From Candidatus Micrarchaeota archaeon (GTDB lineage: Archaea > Micrarchaeota > Micrarchaeia > Anstonellales > Bilamarchaeaceae), in assembly GCA_041694885.1 (NCBI GenBank), contig JBGFRX010000028.1, positions 3,001 to 67,000 of the forward strand: DNA of 64,000 nt, read 5' to 3'. Of the stretch, positions 9,491-18,770 are shown piece after piece (within the stretch, counting starts at the first letter, position 1; every line of letters begins with the position of its first letter). The position numbers and the translations under genes were made by a program. The notes beneath the pieces are model-generated. The model made no database searches. It was given only the letters and a program-made list of their open reading frames with translations, and had not been told where the DNA came from.

Positions 9491-10318
9491 ATGAAAAACA
9501 TGGGAAATCCGGCTGTGCGTTTTTTCATTCTGCTCCTGCTCGCTTCAGCTGCGTTCGCGGAGTTCCAGCTTCAGAATTTGGACGTTTCCATAAAGATGAA
9601 TGCCGACGGAAGCGCGGCAGTGGAGGAGCGGATAAATCTCATAATATTCGGCCAGTACAGCAGGCAGCTCTACGAGAGCGGGTTCAACACCAACACGCTC
9701 TCCAAATGGCAGGAGATATCGAACATAACAGAGATAAAGATCCACATTAGTGCGAGAAGCACGGACATTAGGAACGTCCTTATAAGGCCACAACCGCTTC
9801 AGAGATCGCTCTCGCTTTCCGATGTATGGTATGGCCAGATAATCCTGAGCTATTCCGCATACCCTTATTACGATGCTGATGGAAAGGTGGCGAACAGCAC
9901 CGGAATAGTGCTGATGGACAAGTACAAACCCAGGACCACTAGATACGTGCTAAACGACAATTCGCTGAACTTCGCGCGCACGGAAACAGGGGCGATAAAG
10001 CTTGACGAAGTAATTACACTTTCCATAACTCCTCCGCAGAACGCGATGATAACCTACGTGAATCCGATAACAAGTGACATGCACGATGCAAACTTCCCCG
10101 CACTCTCGAGGACTCTGGAGTGGAGCGGACTCACGCTGGTGCAATTTTCGCTCGAGTACGAGGTCGAGCAGACGCTGGACAAGGAAGTCGTGCAGTTCTT
10201 CTCCGACGTCCAGCAGAACATACGAGTGGGACTACTCAGCTCCGAAGGCATTGCAGCGCTCACGCTTGCGGCAATTCTCGTACTGTCCTATTTCTACCTC
10301 CGCATTTCGCGGAGATGA
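9491..10318 (+). CDS. hypothetical secreted protein with C-terminal TM anchor
   Basis: Signal peptide MKNMGNPAVRFFILLLLASAAFA; start chosen at the internal ATG at 9491. C-terminal TM IAALTLAAILVLSYFYLRISRR. Confidence 0.45.
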   Translation: MKNMGNPAVRFFILLLLASAAFAEFQLQNLDVSIKMNADGSAAVEERINLIIFGQYSRQLYESGFNTNTLSKWQEISNITEIKIHISARSTDIRNVLIRPQPLQRSLSLSDVWYGQIILSYSAYPYYDADGKVANSTGIVLMDKYKPRTTRYVLNDNSLNFARTETGAIKLDEVITLSITPPQNAMITYVNPITSDMHDANFPALSRTLEWSGLTLVQFSLEYEVEQTLDKEVVQFFSDVQQNIRVGLLSSEGIAALTLAAILVLSYFYLRISRR

Positions 10319-10343
10319 ATCAGGAACTTAAAGGGAGATATTT

Positions 10344-11786
10344 ATGGAATACAAATACGAGCATGAAATTCTTGCATACCTGAACAAGGCAAAGAAGCCA
10401 TTGCTGCTTTCCGAGATGGCAGTGGCGTTCACGCTCGACCAGAATGCGCTCATGCGTCCCCTTGGTTCGCTGGAGGAAAAAGGAATGATACGGAAAACCG
10501 TTGAAGAGAAAACCTATGCAGAACCCACTCCTGAAGGGCAGAAGTACTTCGACGGCACAGAGATACTCCCCGAATGGCGCGTTTTCCTGAAAGCAAAGGC
10601 AGGAAAGCAGATAGCTGACCTTTCCCCCGAAGAGAAGCAGTTCGGAATAAAATGGGCGAAGGACAAAGGCCTTGTGCGGATAGAAGGCGGGCGACTCATA
10701 GCGCTGAAGGAGCAGGAAGGCGTGCCGAGCAGCTTCAAATTGCATCTTCTGAGTGCGGAACAGGCAGACGAATTCACGAAGCGCGGATTGCTGAAGCAGA
10801 AGGCAGTAAGGAACTTTATCTTGGAAGCGACCGAATCTGGCAGGCGTGCGATAATTGAAAAAGGGCCGGAAGGCGAACCGGATCCTGCAGCAGCTGTGCG
10901 AAAGCGGACCGGAGAAATAACCGTGCTCACATCCGGAATGCTGCGCTCAGGTGAATGGAAAAACAAAAAATTCAAAGAGTACGATGTTTCAATCCCTGCT
11001 AAAAACGCTCCTATGGGAAAAATCCACCCCATAACTCATGCGATGGAGCGCATAAGGCGCATATTCGCGGAGATGGGTTTCGAGGAAATGCAAGGGGGAT
11101 ATGTGGAGAGCGCGTTCTGGAATTTCGACGCGCTTTTCCAGCCCCAGGATCATCCCGCGAGGGAGCTCGCGGACACTTTCTACTTGGAAGGGAAGGAACA
11201 CTTACCTGATAAGGCGCTTGTGGAAAGGGTGAGGAAGGCGCATGAGAAAGGCTGGGGCTACGGGTGGAGTGGAAAGGAGGCGGAAAAACGGGTGTTGCGC
11301 ACACACACCACGGCGCTGAGCGCCCGCTGCCTTGCAGCGATGAAAAATACACCTAAGAAATATTTCGCAGTGGGCAGGGTGTTCAGGAACGAAGCCACGG
11401 ATTTCAAGCACCTCGCGGAATTCCACCAGGTCGAGGGAATAGTCGCATGGGAAAAAGCAACCTTCCGGGATCTGCTTGGGCTTCTCAAGGAATTCTATTC
11501 AAAGCTTGGATTCAGGAAAATCCGCTTCAGACCGAGCTATTTCCCATATACGGAGCCGAGTTTGGAAATAGAGGTATATTTCGAGGAAAGGAAGGAGTGG
11601 ATGGAAATAGGTGGCGCGGGCATAATGAGGCCCGAAGTATCCATTCCGCTCGCGGGCGTTTACCCTGTGCTTGCATGGGGTCTGAGCCTGGAGAGGCCTC
11701 TAATGATGCTCATGGGCCTGGGAGATATACGCACGTTCTACAGGAACGACCTCGCATGGCTCAAGCAGGCGAAGGTTAAACTATGA
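10344..11786 (+). CDS. pheS: phenylalanine--tRNA ligase alpha subunit (archaeal/eukaryotic type)
   Basis: 480 aa with class II aaRS motifs: FQPQDHPARE, FRNEATDFKHLAEFHQVEG, GAGIMRPEV. Confidence 0.9.
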   Translation: MEYKYEHEILAYLNKAKKPLLLSEMAVAFTLDQNALMRPLGSLEEKGMIRKTVEEKTYAEPTPEGQKYFDGTEILPEWRVFLKAKAGKQIADLSPEEKQFGIKWAKDKGLVRIEGGRLIALKEQEGVPSSFKLHLLSAEQADEFTKRGLLKQKAVRNFILEATESGRRAIIEKGPEGEPDPAAAVRKRTGEITVLTSGMLRSGEWKNKKFKEYDVSIPAKNAPMGKIHPITHAMERIRRIFAEMGFEEMQGGYVESAFWNFDALFQPQDHPARELADTFYLEGKEHLPDKALVERVRKAHEKGWGYGWSGKEAEKRVLRTHTTALSARCLAAMKNTPKKYFAVGRVFRNEATDFKHLAEFHQVEGIVAWEKATFRDLLGLLKEFYSKLGFRKIRFRPSYFPYTEPSLEIEVYFEERKEWMEIGGAGIMRPEVSIPLAGVYPVLAWGLSLERPLMMLMGLGDIRTFYRNDLAWLKQAKVKL

Positions 11787-13714
11787 ATTTGAGGACTGTG
11801 GTTTTTCTTATTGTAGCAGCTGTGCTCATCGCAGCAATCGCGATAACCGCATTTCCCTTGGAGGAAAAAAAGGAGGAGAAAGTAGCGCAGCACGGGTTCG
11901 CACGAGCGCTGGAATTTGGAAGAGCAGGAAATTACGGATACCTCACCTTCTATTACAACGGCACAGGCAACTTCACTCTTCTCGCGCTTTCCGAGCAGCC
12001 GAAGAGCAAAATAATAGTGCTCAAAAAGGACTTCCTGAACACCGAGCGCTACCCATATTTCATCAAAGCGCTGGCGCAACTCGGCAAGAAGGGTTTCTCC
12101 ATAACCGAGGTGGACTCCATAGCGGCACCGGAAAACAGCATAATAATCATTCCCTCGGGCGCGATGCCCTCCGGAGTGCTTGAGCGGCTCGACAACCTCA
12201 CCCAGTCGAACGAAATAATCTACGTGGGAAAGCGCGATTTGGTTTTTTCCGAGAGGGACGAGGCGCTCGTGCGCACGGACTGGCTCCAGGATATTTCCAA
12301 TTCTTCCAAGGAGCACATTATTGTAATGGACAAAACGCTTGGAGAGTTCCATGCAGATGCGAACCTCTCACTGTTCGATGTGCTCGAAAGGAATTCCTGG
12401 GCAGAAAGGAATTCCGTTGAATTCGAATATGAAGGCGAAGGGAAGAAGACCGCGTTCCTAATGCTCCGGAACGCGAGCTGGCTCCGCATGCTTCCTTCAT
12501 CATCCGCAGCCACAGAAGCGCAGCCATTTCCGCTCTCGCAATTGGCTGATTCGCACAAACTTCTTCCGTTTGCAGTGCAGATGAGCGGCACAGACAACAT
12601 CTTCCCGGGCCAGAAGGCGTACATTACTCTTCAGCTTAATTATTCAGAAGGGATTGCGCGCTACTCGCTCGAAAAAGAAGGAGCAATAGTGCAGCAGGAC
12701 GACCTCGCGAGAGTAAGGGGCGAAGAGGCGTTTTTCCTCAGCCTCAGCTTTCCGGGCCCTGGCGATTATCTGCTCCGGGTCTCGGATTACAACGGAACGA
12801 TAGGCGCAATGCGCATCCATGTGAAGGATCTGAACATTTCGCTTTCACGCACATACGGTAACTCATACGAATTCACTGTTCTTCTTGACAACGAACCGGT
12901 TGAGAGCACACCCGCGACTGTTGGGCTCGCGCATTCGGGTAACACGCTTGATGCAGAGGTGAAGAGAGGAAAAATGACAGTGCTCGCGAACCTGCGCCAG
13001 GGCGAAAATGTTTTCGTGATAACCATAATGGGGCAAAAGGTGCAGGTCCCCTACAGCAACAGTTCCGAAGGCCTTCTTGCGTTCTATGCGAAATACCTGA
13101 CAATCGGAACCGCTATGGTTGCGCTCTTCTACGTCGCTGCGCGGTTGAAGAGGAAGCCGGTGTACAAAATAAATATTCCCGAGAGTGTGCCAGGGCAGAA
13201 CCCCGAGGTGAAGATAAAGCCGGCTGATGTCGTTTCCGCTATAGAGGAAGTGGAAAAGCGCTTCGGCTGGAAAGGAGTCCCGCTTTATGCAAAGGAAATC
13301 AGGCTCGGTCTCAAGTCGTTCACAGGAGGAATGGAAGTAACCGAAGGCAATATCGAGGCAGTGATGAAGAAATTGGTGGAAAAGGGTACCATTAAGCACC
13401 ACCTCGCGCTCTACGGTCTTTCCCAGTGGGGAGATGCAAAGGAGAACGCGCTCAGGCGCATAGTGCGCGACAAACTGATAGAACAGGGAATCGGGTTTTC
13501 GGAGATTCCAGAGGGCTTCGAATGCGGAGAGCGCCGCATCATGTTCGATCCGGAAAGCCCAGGCAGCGAATCCATAGCAATATTCGAGGACAGGGAGGAG
13601 ATGCGCACCTATCTCCAGTCGCTGGAGGAGAGGAAGCGCGCGCGGCTCGAGGTGCGGCTGAGGAACGGTGCGGTGCGGCTCGCAACGCTCGATAGCTTGG
13701 ATGAATTGCTATGA
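11783..13714 (+). CDS. hypothetical membrane protein (N-terminal TM, central TM, C-terminal cytoplasmic domain)
   Basis: 643 aa. A 4-nt overlap with the pheS stop suggests translational coupling. TM segments are MNLRTVVFLIVAAVLIAAIAITAF and LTIGTAMVALFYVAARL. No recognisable catalytic motif. Confidence 0.5.
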   Translation: MNLRTVVFLIVAAVLIAAIAITAFPLEEKKEEKVAQHGFARALEFGRAGNYGYLTFYYNGTGNFTLLALSEQPKSKIIVLKKDFLNTERYPYFIKALAQLGKKGFSITEVDSIAAPENSIIIIPSGAMPSGVLERLDNLTQSNEIIYVGKRDLVFSERDEALVRTDWLQDISNSSKEHIIVMDKTLGEFHADANLSLFDVLERNSWAERNSVEFEYEGEGKKTAFLMLRNASWLRMLPSSSAATEAQPFPLSQLADSHKLLPFAVQMSGTDNIFPGQKAYITLQLNYSEGIARYSLEKEGAIVQQDDLARVRGEEAFFLSLSFPGPGDYLLRVSDYNGTIGAMRIHVKDLNISLSRTYGNSYEFTVLLDNEPVESTPATVGLAHSGNTLDAEVKRGKMTVLANLRQGENVFVITIMGQKVQVPYSNSSEGLLAFYAKYLTIGTAMVALFYVAARLKRKPVYKINIPESVPGQNPEVKIKPADVVSAIEEVEKRFGWKGVPLYAKEIRLGLKSFTGGMEVTEGNIEAVMKKLVEKGTIKHHLALYGLSQWGDAKENALRRIVRDKLIEQGIGFSEIPEGFECGERRIMFDPESPGSESIAIFEDREEMRTYLQSLEERKRARLEVRLRNGAVRLATLDSLDELL

Positions 13715-14970
13715 AATTCGTACGTTCCTGCGCATTCCTTATTCCGTTTGTGCGCTTCGCCCTATTTTACGTGCTCTTTTTCTCCACATTGACCTCTTCT
13801 CTCTCAGCATACGGTTATCCGCCGCATGAACTTGTTTCCGGGCACAACAACGCGCTCGCACCATCGCTTCTTGGCTCATCCTGCGCTGAGGAGAGCAATC
13901 CTGATTACGATGACCCCATAGCGTGCGCGGAAATCGAGCTCGTTTCCGTCTATCCTTCAGTTGATTCGCGCATCTCCGCAGATAAGGATACATATGCGCT
14001 CTGGCGCTATGCGCACGATGCATCGTCCGAGGACAGGATCGTTACGGGCGCGGATGGGTGCACGAGCTATTACCACAAGACATACCAGGGAACAGCAAAC
14101 ATTTACGCCAATCTTTCCGTCTTCTTCCGGAACTCCACGTATTTCCTGGACAACATAACAGGCAACAATCCCGTCCCGCTTCCCATAACGCGGGCAACCC
14201 TCAATGCTACCCAGGGCGACAATCTCACGGCAATTGTGAGCGGAAAAATAACATTCCATTACATCCTGGACAAGACGATCGGCTACCAGTCATGCGATGG
14301 GAACGGCTCGTGCACCTGCCTCGAGACCGTCTATCCGAGCGAGCCCATGAACATAACCCGCAGCGTATCCTCCAATTTATCCTATGAAGTGGAAGGCGGC
14401 TCCTTGCTCCATTTCCTCAGCAAGCCGGTGCTGCGCGAGCAGTGGGAGAAAAATTCCCAATTCGAGGACATCGTATTCTCGAAAAGGAAATTCCATTCCG
14501 CTGCGCTTCTCATGAATAATTTGGTAATAGGGAATGCAACCTTCTACGCATTCAACATCACCAACGATTCTTACGGAGTATGGCGCATAATTTCATTTCC
14601 GGTTTCTAATTTCACCAACATGAGCGGGAATGAGATGGAGGTCAGGACAACGCCAATTCCATTGGAAGAAGCAAATGACTCGTTCGTCCTCCTTTACGTT
14701 TTCAAGTCGTCCTATTCCGCATTCGGTCCGCACAACCTCGATTTAGCCATGCATGACCATTTCGGGAACACTGTCCAGCAGACGTTCGGAATAACGAACA
14801 GAAGGCACACTTTCGGCAATTCGAGTGGAGAAAATGGGGAGCAAAACATTTCAGACCGCGATTTCTACAGGCCTTCTGCGCAATACATGACCAGGGACTT
14901 TACCCTGCTAACTGCCGGACTTGGAACAATAGGCGCACTGATACTCGTCTTAGTGCTTTTCAGACGTTGA
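13711..14970 (+). CDS. hypothetical surface glycoprotein with C-terminal TM anchor
   Basis: 419 aa with an N-terminal hydrophobic signal-anchor. Many N-x-S/T sequons. C-terminal TM LLTAGLGTIGALILVLVLFRR. 4-nt overlap with the previous gene. Confidence 0.5.
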   Translation: MKFVRSCAFLIPFVRFALFYVLFFSTLTSSLSAYGYPPHELVSGHNNALAPSLLGSSCAEESNPDYDDPIACAEIELVSVYPSVDSRISADKDTYALWRYAHDASSEDRIVTGADGCTSYYHKTYQGTANIYANLSVFFRNSTYFLDNITGNNPVPLPITRATLNATQGDNLTAIVSGKITFHYILDKTIGYQSCDGNGSCTCLETVYPSEPMNITRSVSSNLSYEVEGGSLLHFLSKPVLREQWEKNSQFEDIVFSKRKFHSAALLMNNLVIGNATFYAFNITNDSYGVWRIISFPVSNFTNMSGNEMEVRTTPIPLEEANDSFVLLYVFKSSYSAFGPHNLDLAMHDHFGNTVQQTFGITNRRHTFGNSSGENGEQNISDRDFYRPSAQYMTRDFTLLTAGLGTIGALILVLVLFRR

Positions 14971-15601
14971 ATCCCTATAGGTGTCCTTCGCTCATCGACT
15001 TTCCTTTCCATCGCTCGCTTGCTTTCTTGCGTATCTCCTTGCACTCCAGGCTGCCGGTTCCCTGCTCATGCCTTTTCTTCCTGTTTTGCTGCGCTGTTAT
15101 TACGTTGTTCACGTGAGGGTCTACGGTCGCAAACATCCCATCACCTTTGAATCTTTGTTTTCGGCCCTTTCCGGCCGTCTGGGGCTTAGATAAAGAGGAA
15201 TCAGGTTTTTAAACCCTCCTTTGCCCCATGGCGTTTTTTACTAAAATACACGGATATTTTAGCTATTTATAAATCCGGGATTCGTGCTTCGTCAGGCATT
15301 TTGACTATGAGATGTGAGCAGGTTTGAGGGGGTCATTCCATCAAACGCACCTTTCAATCGCCGCATCAGTTTCTTGTTCGTTCATTGAGAAATCCCGTTT
15401 GAGTATTTTCCAGTATTCTTCCAAAGCATCCGGGCTGGTAAAAACAGTATTTTAATAAGGACGCATTACAATCAAAAAAGCGGACAGAAGTTAGAATGCT
15501 GTACAGTTAATTCTGACCAAAGATGTGTCAAACGATGGTTATTTAAATATATTAGTACACTAATATAATACAACTAATTGATGTTAATTTGAGGTGAAAC
15601 T

Positions 15602-16591
15602 ATGGATGCTACAGCAGTCGCTGAAAAACCAAAAAACAGATTACCAGATGGTAGAGTAATTAGAGCATTAGAAGATGGAAACGGCCAAAAAACTTTTAGA
15701 CAGGTTGAGATGTTTACATTAGTAAGAGCCTTAGTCCCAGCTCATGAAACAGTAATGGGTGTTAAAGATCATGACCAATCTATTCAATCAGGTACTTATA
15801 GTTTAGTAAATGCTAATAACTGGTGGAGAACAAGAAGGTATGGCGTTTATGTAAGAGGTTTTGAAAAGGAATTAGACAAACCAATTGGAGATAAAGTTGT
15901 TTGGATTGAAGAACTAGACGGAAGAAAAATTGATTTTACTTTTGATGTTCCTGATGTAAAAAATCCTCATGATAAAAACAAAGGATTAAGACAAGCAACA
16001 GGCATGCTTGATTTTGATTTTAAAAAACTACAATATACTGCAGGTACAAGGACTGTCTCTGTTGCTTCTGATTTTGATCCAGAGACAGATGTAGCCGTTA
16101 GAGACGTAATGAGACCAAGAAACTGGGGCTTAGTTGATGCTGATGGTTACCCATTAAGATCCAATCCTTCAAATAGTGGAGTTCCAGAAGCAAGGTTTAT
16201 GCACGTAAGAAATTCTGATGAATTTGAGAAGAAAGCCACAGGATGGCACGGCTCTGTTGCCCGCAACGTTGTCGACTTCATCTACTACTGGGGGCGTTTC
16301 GTCCTTGCCATCAGTGACTGGTCCGAGGCCTCGGGGGTGACGGTTGTTGGCCGCTCCGTGGCCGCGTCGCTGGTCGCAGTGCCAGAAGAAAAGCTGGTCG
16401 AGGTTGCTGATCCACAAGCCTTATTACAAAGAACTAGTAAATTAAGAGAGATTGCTGAAGACCACACAAGGAGATTTGGAGACCTCCTTACTCAAGAAGG
16501 GCATGCTAGATTCATACAACCTATCTTAGACGAGGCAGCATTCTTGATTGAGTTGGCAGGTAAAATACAAGCAATCCAGAAGAAAGAGTAA
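15602..16591 (+). CDS. compositionally mosaic ORF: a foreign AT-rich N-terminal part fused in frame to a GC-rich rve (DDE integrase core) fragment; possibly non-functional
   Basis: 15602-16245 is about 35% GC with AGA/TTA codon usage, unlike the host at about 50% GC. 16246-16415 jumps to about 65% GC and encodes DFIYYWGRFVLAISDWSEASGVTVVG, resembling the rve first-Asp region W..D.TY...G..YL..V.D..SR.VVG. It then returns to AT-rich sequence. The host-like SD GAGGTGA sits 5 nt before the ATG. Confidence 0.4.
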   Translation: MDATAVAEKPKNRLPDGRVIRALEDGNGQKTFRQVEMFTLVRALVPAHETVMGVKDHDQSIQSGTYSLVNANNWWRTRRYGVYVRGFEKELDKPIGDKVVWIEELDGRKIDFTFDVPDVKNPHDKNKGLRQATGMLDFDFKKLQYTAGTRTVSVASDFDPETDVAVRDVMRPRNWGLVDADGYPLRSNPSNSGVPEARFMHVRNSDEFEKKATGWHGSVARNVVDFIYYWGRFVLAISDWSEASGVTVVGRSVAASLVAVPEEKLVEVADPQALLQRTSKLREIAEDHTRRFGDLLTQEGHARFIQPILDEAAFLIELAGKIQAIQKKE

Positions 16592-16669
16592 CATCTCTAT
16601 TTTTAATAGATCTTACCCCAGAAACGCAACGGAAAGGGAGCAACCTCAGATGAAAAGAAAAGACGCTAG

Positions 16670-17023
16670 GGGAGAGACATCCAGTTCTATGCCTCAGCTG
16701 CAAATGGGCAGGACAAGGCGCCTGCTATCTTCCAACAGTACCTGAAATCCAACGGCATAAAGCACATCCTGGGAAGGGTGAATCATCCGCAGACTAATGG
16801 GAAGGTGGAGAGGTTCTTTTGGGAACTGAAACGTAAGCTCCACAGGTTCAAGGATATTGACAGATTTGTGTGGTGGTACAACTTCGTGCGTCCGCACTTG
16901 AGCCTGAACTGGGAGCGGCTCGAAACTCCCGCCCAGGCGTTCGTGCGGAAGCGGGTGAAGGGGTTAAAAGTCAAGGTTGAGGTGATATCACATGGTGTTC
17001 TCGAAACTACGAGAGGAACTTAA
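16670..17023 (+). pseudogene. IS481/IS3-family DDE transposase (rve domain), C-terminal fragment; truncated or frameshifted
   Basis: The frame reads GRDIQFYASAANGQDKAPAIFQQYLKSNGIKHILGRVNHPQTNGKVERFFWELKR...WYNFVRPHLSL. This matches the conserved rve C-terminus: TNGKVER carries the catalytic Glu and YN..RPH is conserved. An in-frame TAG lies at 16667-16669 and no N-terminal part exists in this frame. Confidence 0.65.
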
Positions 17024-17180
17024 TTTGGGAAATCACAGCCCGAGCTCGCGAGGTGAAGAAATAAAAGGTTTGTTTGCGAACGAAAACTCGGAACGGGACG
17101 AAACCGTGGAAAGTGGGGAAATTTCAACCATGTTTTACACCTGGAATTAGAAATAGAAATGAAAGGGATAAAAAGAGAGG

Positions 17181-17972
17181 TTATTTCTTGAGCTGTTCGA
17201 GCGTCTTCATAACGGCGTCCAGCTGCTCGGAAGTGCCTTTGATTACAATTCTTTGGCCTTCTTGGACTATACTCTGTTGGGCTGCCTCAAGCAGCGCGCC
17301 CTCTGCTGGGGTATTTTCTTCAACCGCCACCCCGAGACCAACCGACGGCCTGTAGTTGAGGACAACGTAGTTCGTGAGGTTGAAGTTGTAGTCACGGACA
17401 ACAGGGCCCACTCTTCCTGGGTCACCAAGACGATAGAAATATCTGGCTTTAGGATTGACTGAACTGGTTTGCTTGCCAGTTGGAATGCCGAATTTTGCAT
17501 CGGTCAAATACCAGCCGCAGTTGGTTGGGAAGTTTGATACAAGTTCCACTTTTCCGGCTTCAGGCATCACCACAAGCTCTTTGCCATCGCGGCCCATCTT
17601 GAAGTCAGGATGCTCCACGACTAAAATGGCGTTCTCCTCGCCTCTGAATTTGTCGTCCACGTGGAAAACATATCTCTGTTTATCACACTGATCCGTGTAA
17701 ACAATTTGCGTACCCAGCTTCTTGCCCGGAGCTTCGTAGCCTGTCATCGTGCCGGTCCAGCATGGATAAACTTCGCACTTGCTCTTCCACTCGCCGCTTC
17801 CTACAAGAGCTTTGTCGTGCCTCTTGTTTGAAACGAGGACGCGGTTCTCCGCATCAGCTCTTTCCAGCGCCTTTATGAAACGCACGCCTTCCGAGTACCT
17901 TATGAATACTTTTATGTCCGGTCCCCTTATCCTTTGCACTTCCCGGGCTTTTTGAGCAGCAGTTTCAACCAT
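17181..17972 (-). CDS. hypothetical protein (263 aa, no recognisable domain)
   Basis: Long ORF with host-like composition and the SD AGGTGAAACC before the ATG. It lies inside the putative island next to tRNA-Ala. Confidence 0.5.
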   Translation of the reverse strand: MVETAAQKAREVQRIRGPDIKVFIRYSEGVRFIKALERADAENRVLVSNKRHDKALVGSGEWKSKCEVYPCWTGTMTGYEAPGKKLGTQIVYTDQCDKQRYVFHVDDKFRGEENAILVVEHPDFKMGRDGKELVVMPEAGKVELVSNFPTNCGWYLTDAKFGIPTGKQTSSVNPKARYFYRLGDPGRVGPVVRDYNFNLTNYVVLNYRPSVGLGVAVEENTPAEGALLEAAQQSIVQEGQRIVIKGTSEQLDAVMKTLEQLKK

Positions 17973-18298
17973 GGTTTCACCTCTTGTTTATGTAATATTC
18001 TGGTACGTTATATTTAAAACCCACCTTTTAGCACAAAAACAAGTTGAGGATTCATCGCCTGTTGCATGTATTCCATTGTTGAGCTTCGAGAATCTGTTGT
18101 AAACGTATTCTGCTGTTTTGGGGTTGCTTACTATATCGTCAATTCTTGCCTTTGGTTCTATGTTTGCTCCCCAGAATTCTTGATGTCCTTCAACCTAATC
18201 GTTGACAAAGCCCATGCAAACACCGTCAAATGATGCTCGTTCGGCATATTAAATGCTTCGCATTTTGTTAAAAATTAGCTGCATGGTATTGAAAAAAA

Positions 18299-18316
18299 TT
18301 GGACTCAGAGGGATCG
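18299..18316 (-). repeat. duplicate of the tRNA-Ala 3' end (att-like direct repeat)
   Basis: TTGGACTCAGAGGGAT at 18299-18314 equals 18541-18556. On the minus strand this is ATCCCTCTGAGTCCAA, the last 17-18 nt of tRNA-Ala. Further partial T-arm copies GGGTGCGAATCCC and ATTTCGCACCCTC occur at 18451-18481 in both orientations. Confidence 0.5.
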
Positions 18317-18541
18317 ACGGCTCTGCTGTCGGATTTTGGACGGCCAGTTGAATGGCAAACCGTTTAATGGTCCATGGAATGTAACGACGCTCCATCGAAC
18401 AGTCCAAAGCTTCTTCAGCCATGGTGAAGAATTTTGGTCGAAGACCAAATATTTCGCACCCTCTCCTCGGGTGCGAATCCCAGCTGGGAAACCCTTTGCA
18501 ATGCTTCGTGTTTCAAAAATCAGATGCATTGCTTATTATTT

Positions 18542-18692
18542 GGACTCAGAGGGATTCGCACCCTCGGCCCCTCGCGCTCCAGGTGCATTTCCCATTTCCC
18601 TTTCAGGGTTTCGTGTTTTGATTACGAAACGCAAAATCCAAAACATGAAACGCGCTTGCAAGGCGAGTGCTCTGCTGCTGAGCTATGAGCCC
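18542..18692 (-). tRNA. tRNA-Ala(TGC) with an intron of about 80 nt near position 37/38 or 38/39
   Basis: Minus-strand read: acceptor GGGCTCA/TGAGTCC with G3:U70, the Ala identity pair; discriminator A. D-arm GCTC-AGCAGCA-GAGC. Anticodon stem CTCGC/GCGAG with loop CTTGCAA, giving anticodon TGC. T-arm GAGGG-TGCGAAT-CCCTC. Exon 1 is about 18692..18656, intron about 18655..18576, exon 2 18575..18542. A TATA-like AAAATTTATAAAA lies about 35 nt upstream. Confidence 0.6.
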
Positions 18693-18770
18693 AAATAACG
18701 CATCCATCATTTCCTCGCGGAGAAAATTTATAAAACGCACATTTTAATTTTCCCCTCATAAAACAATTTT

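Noticed and set aside
14981-15193. 70-aa ORF after the surface glycoprotein gene
   Set aside because: It has no SD, is hydrophobic and low-complexity, and lies in the gene-poor spacer before the AT-rich island ORF.
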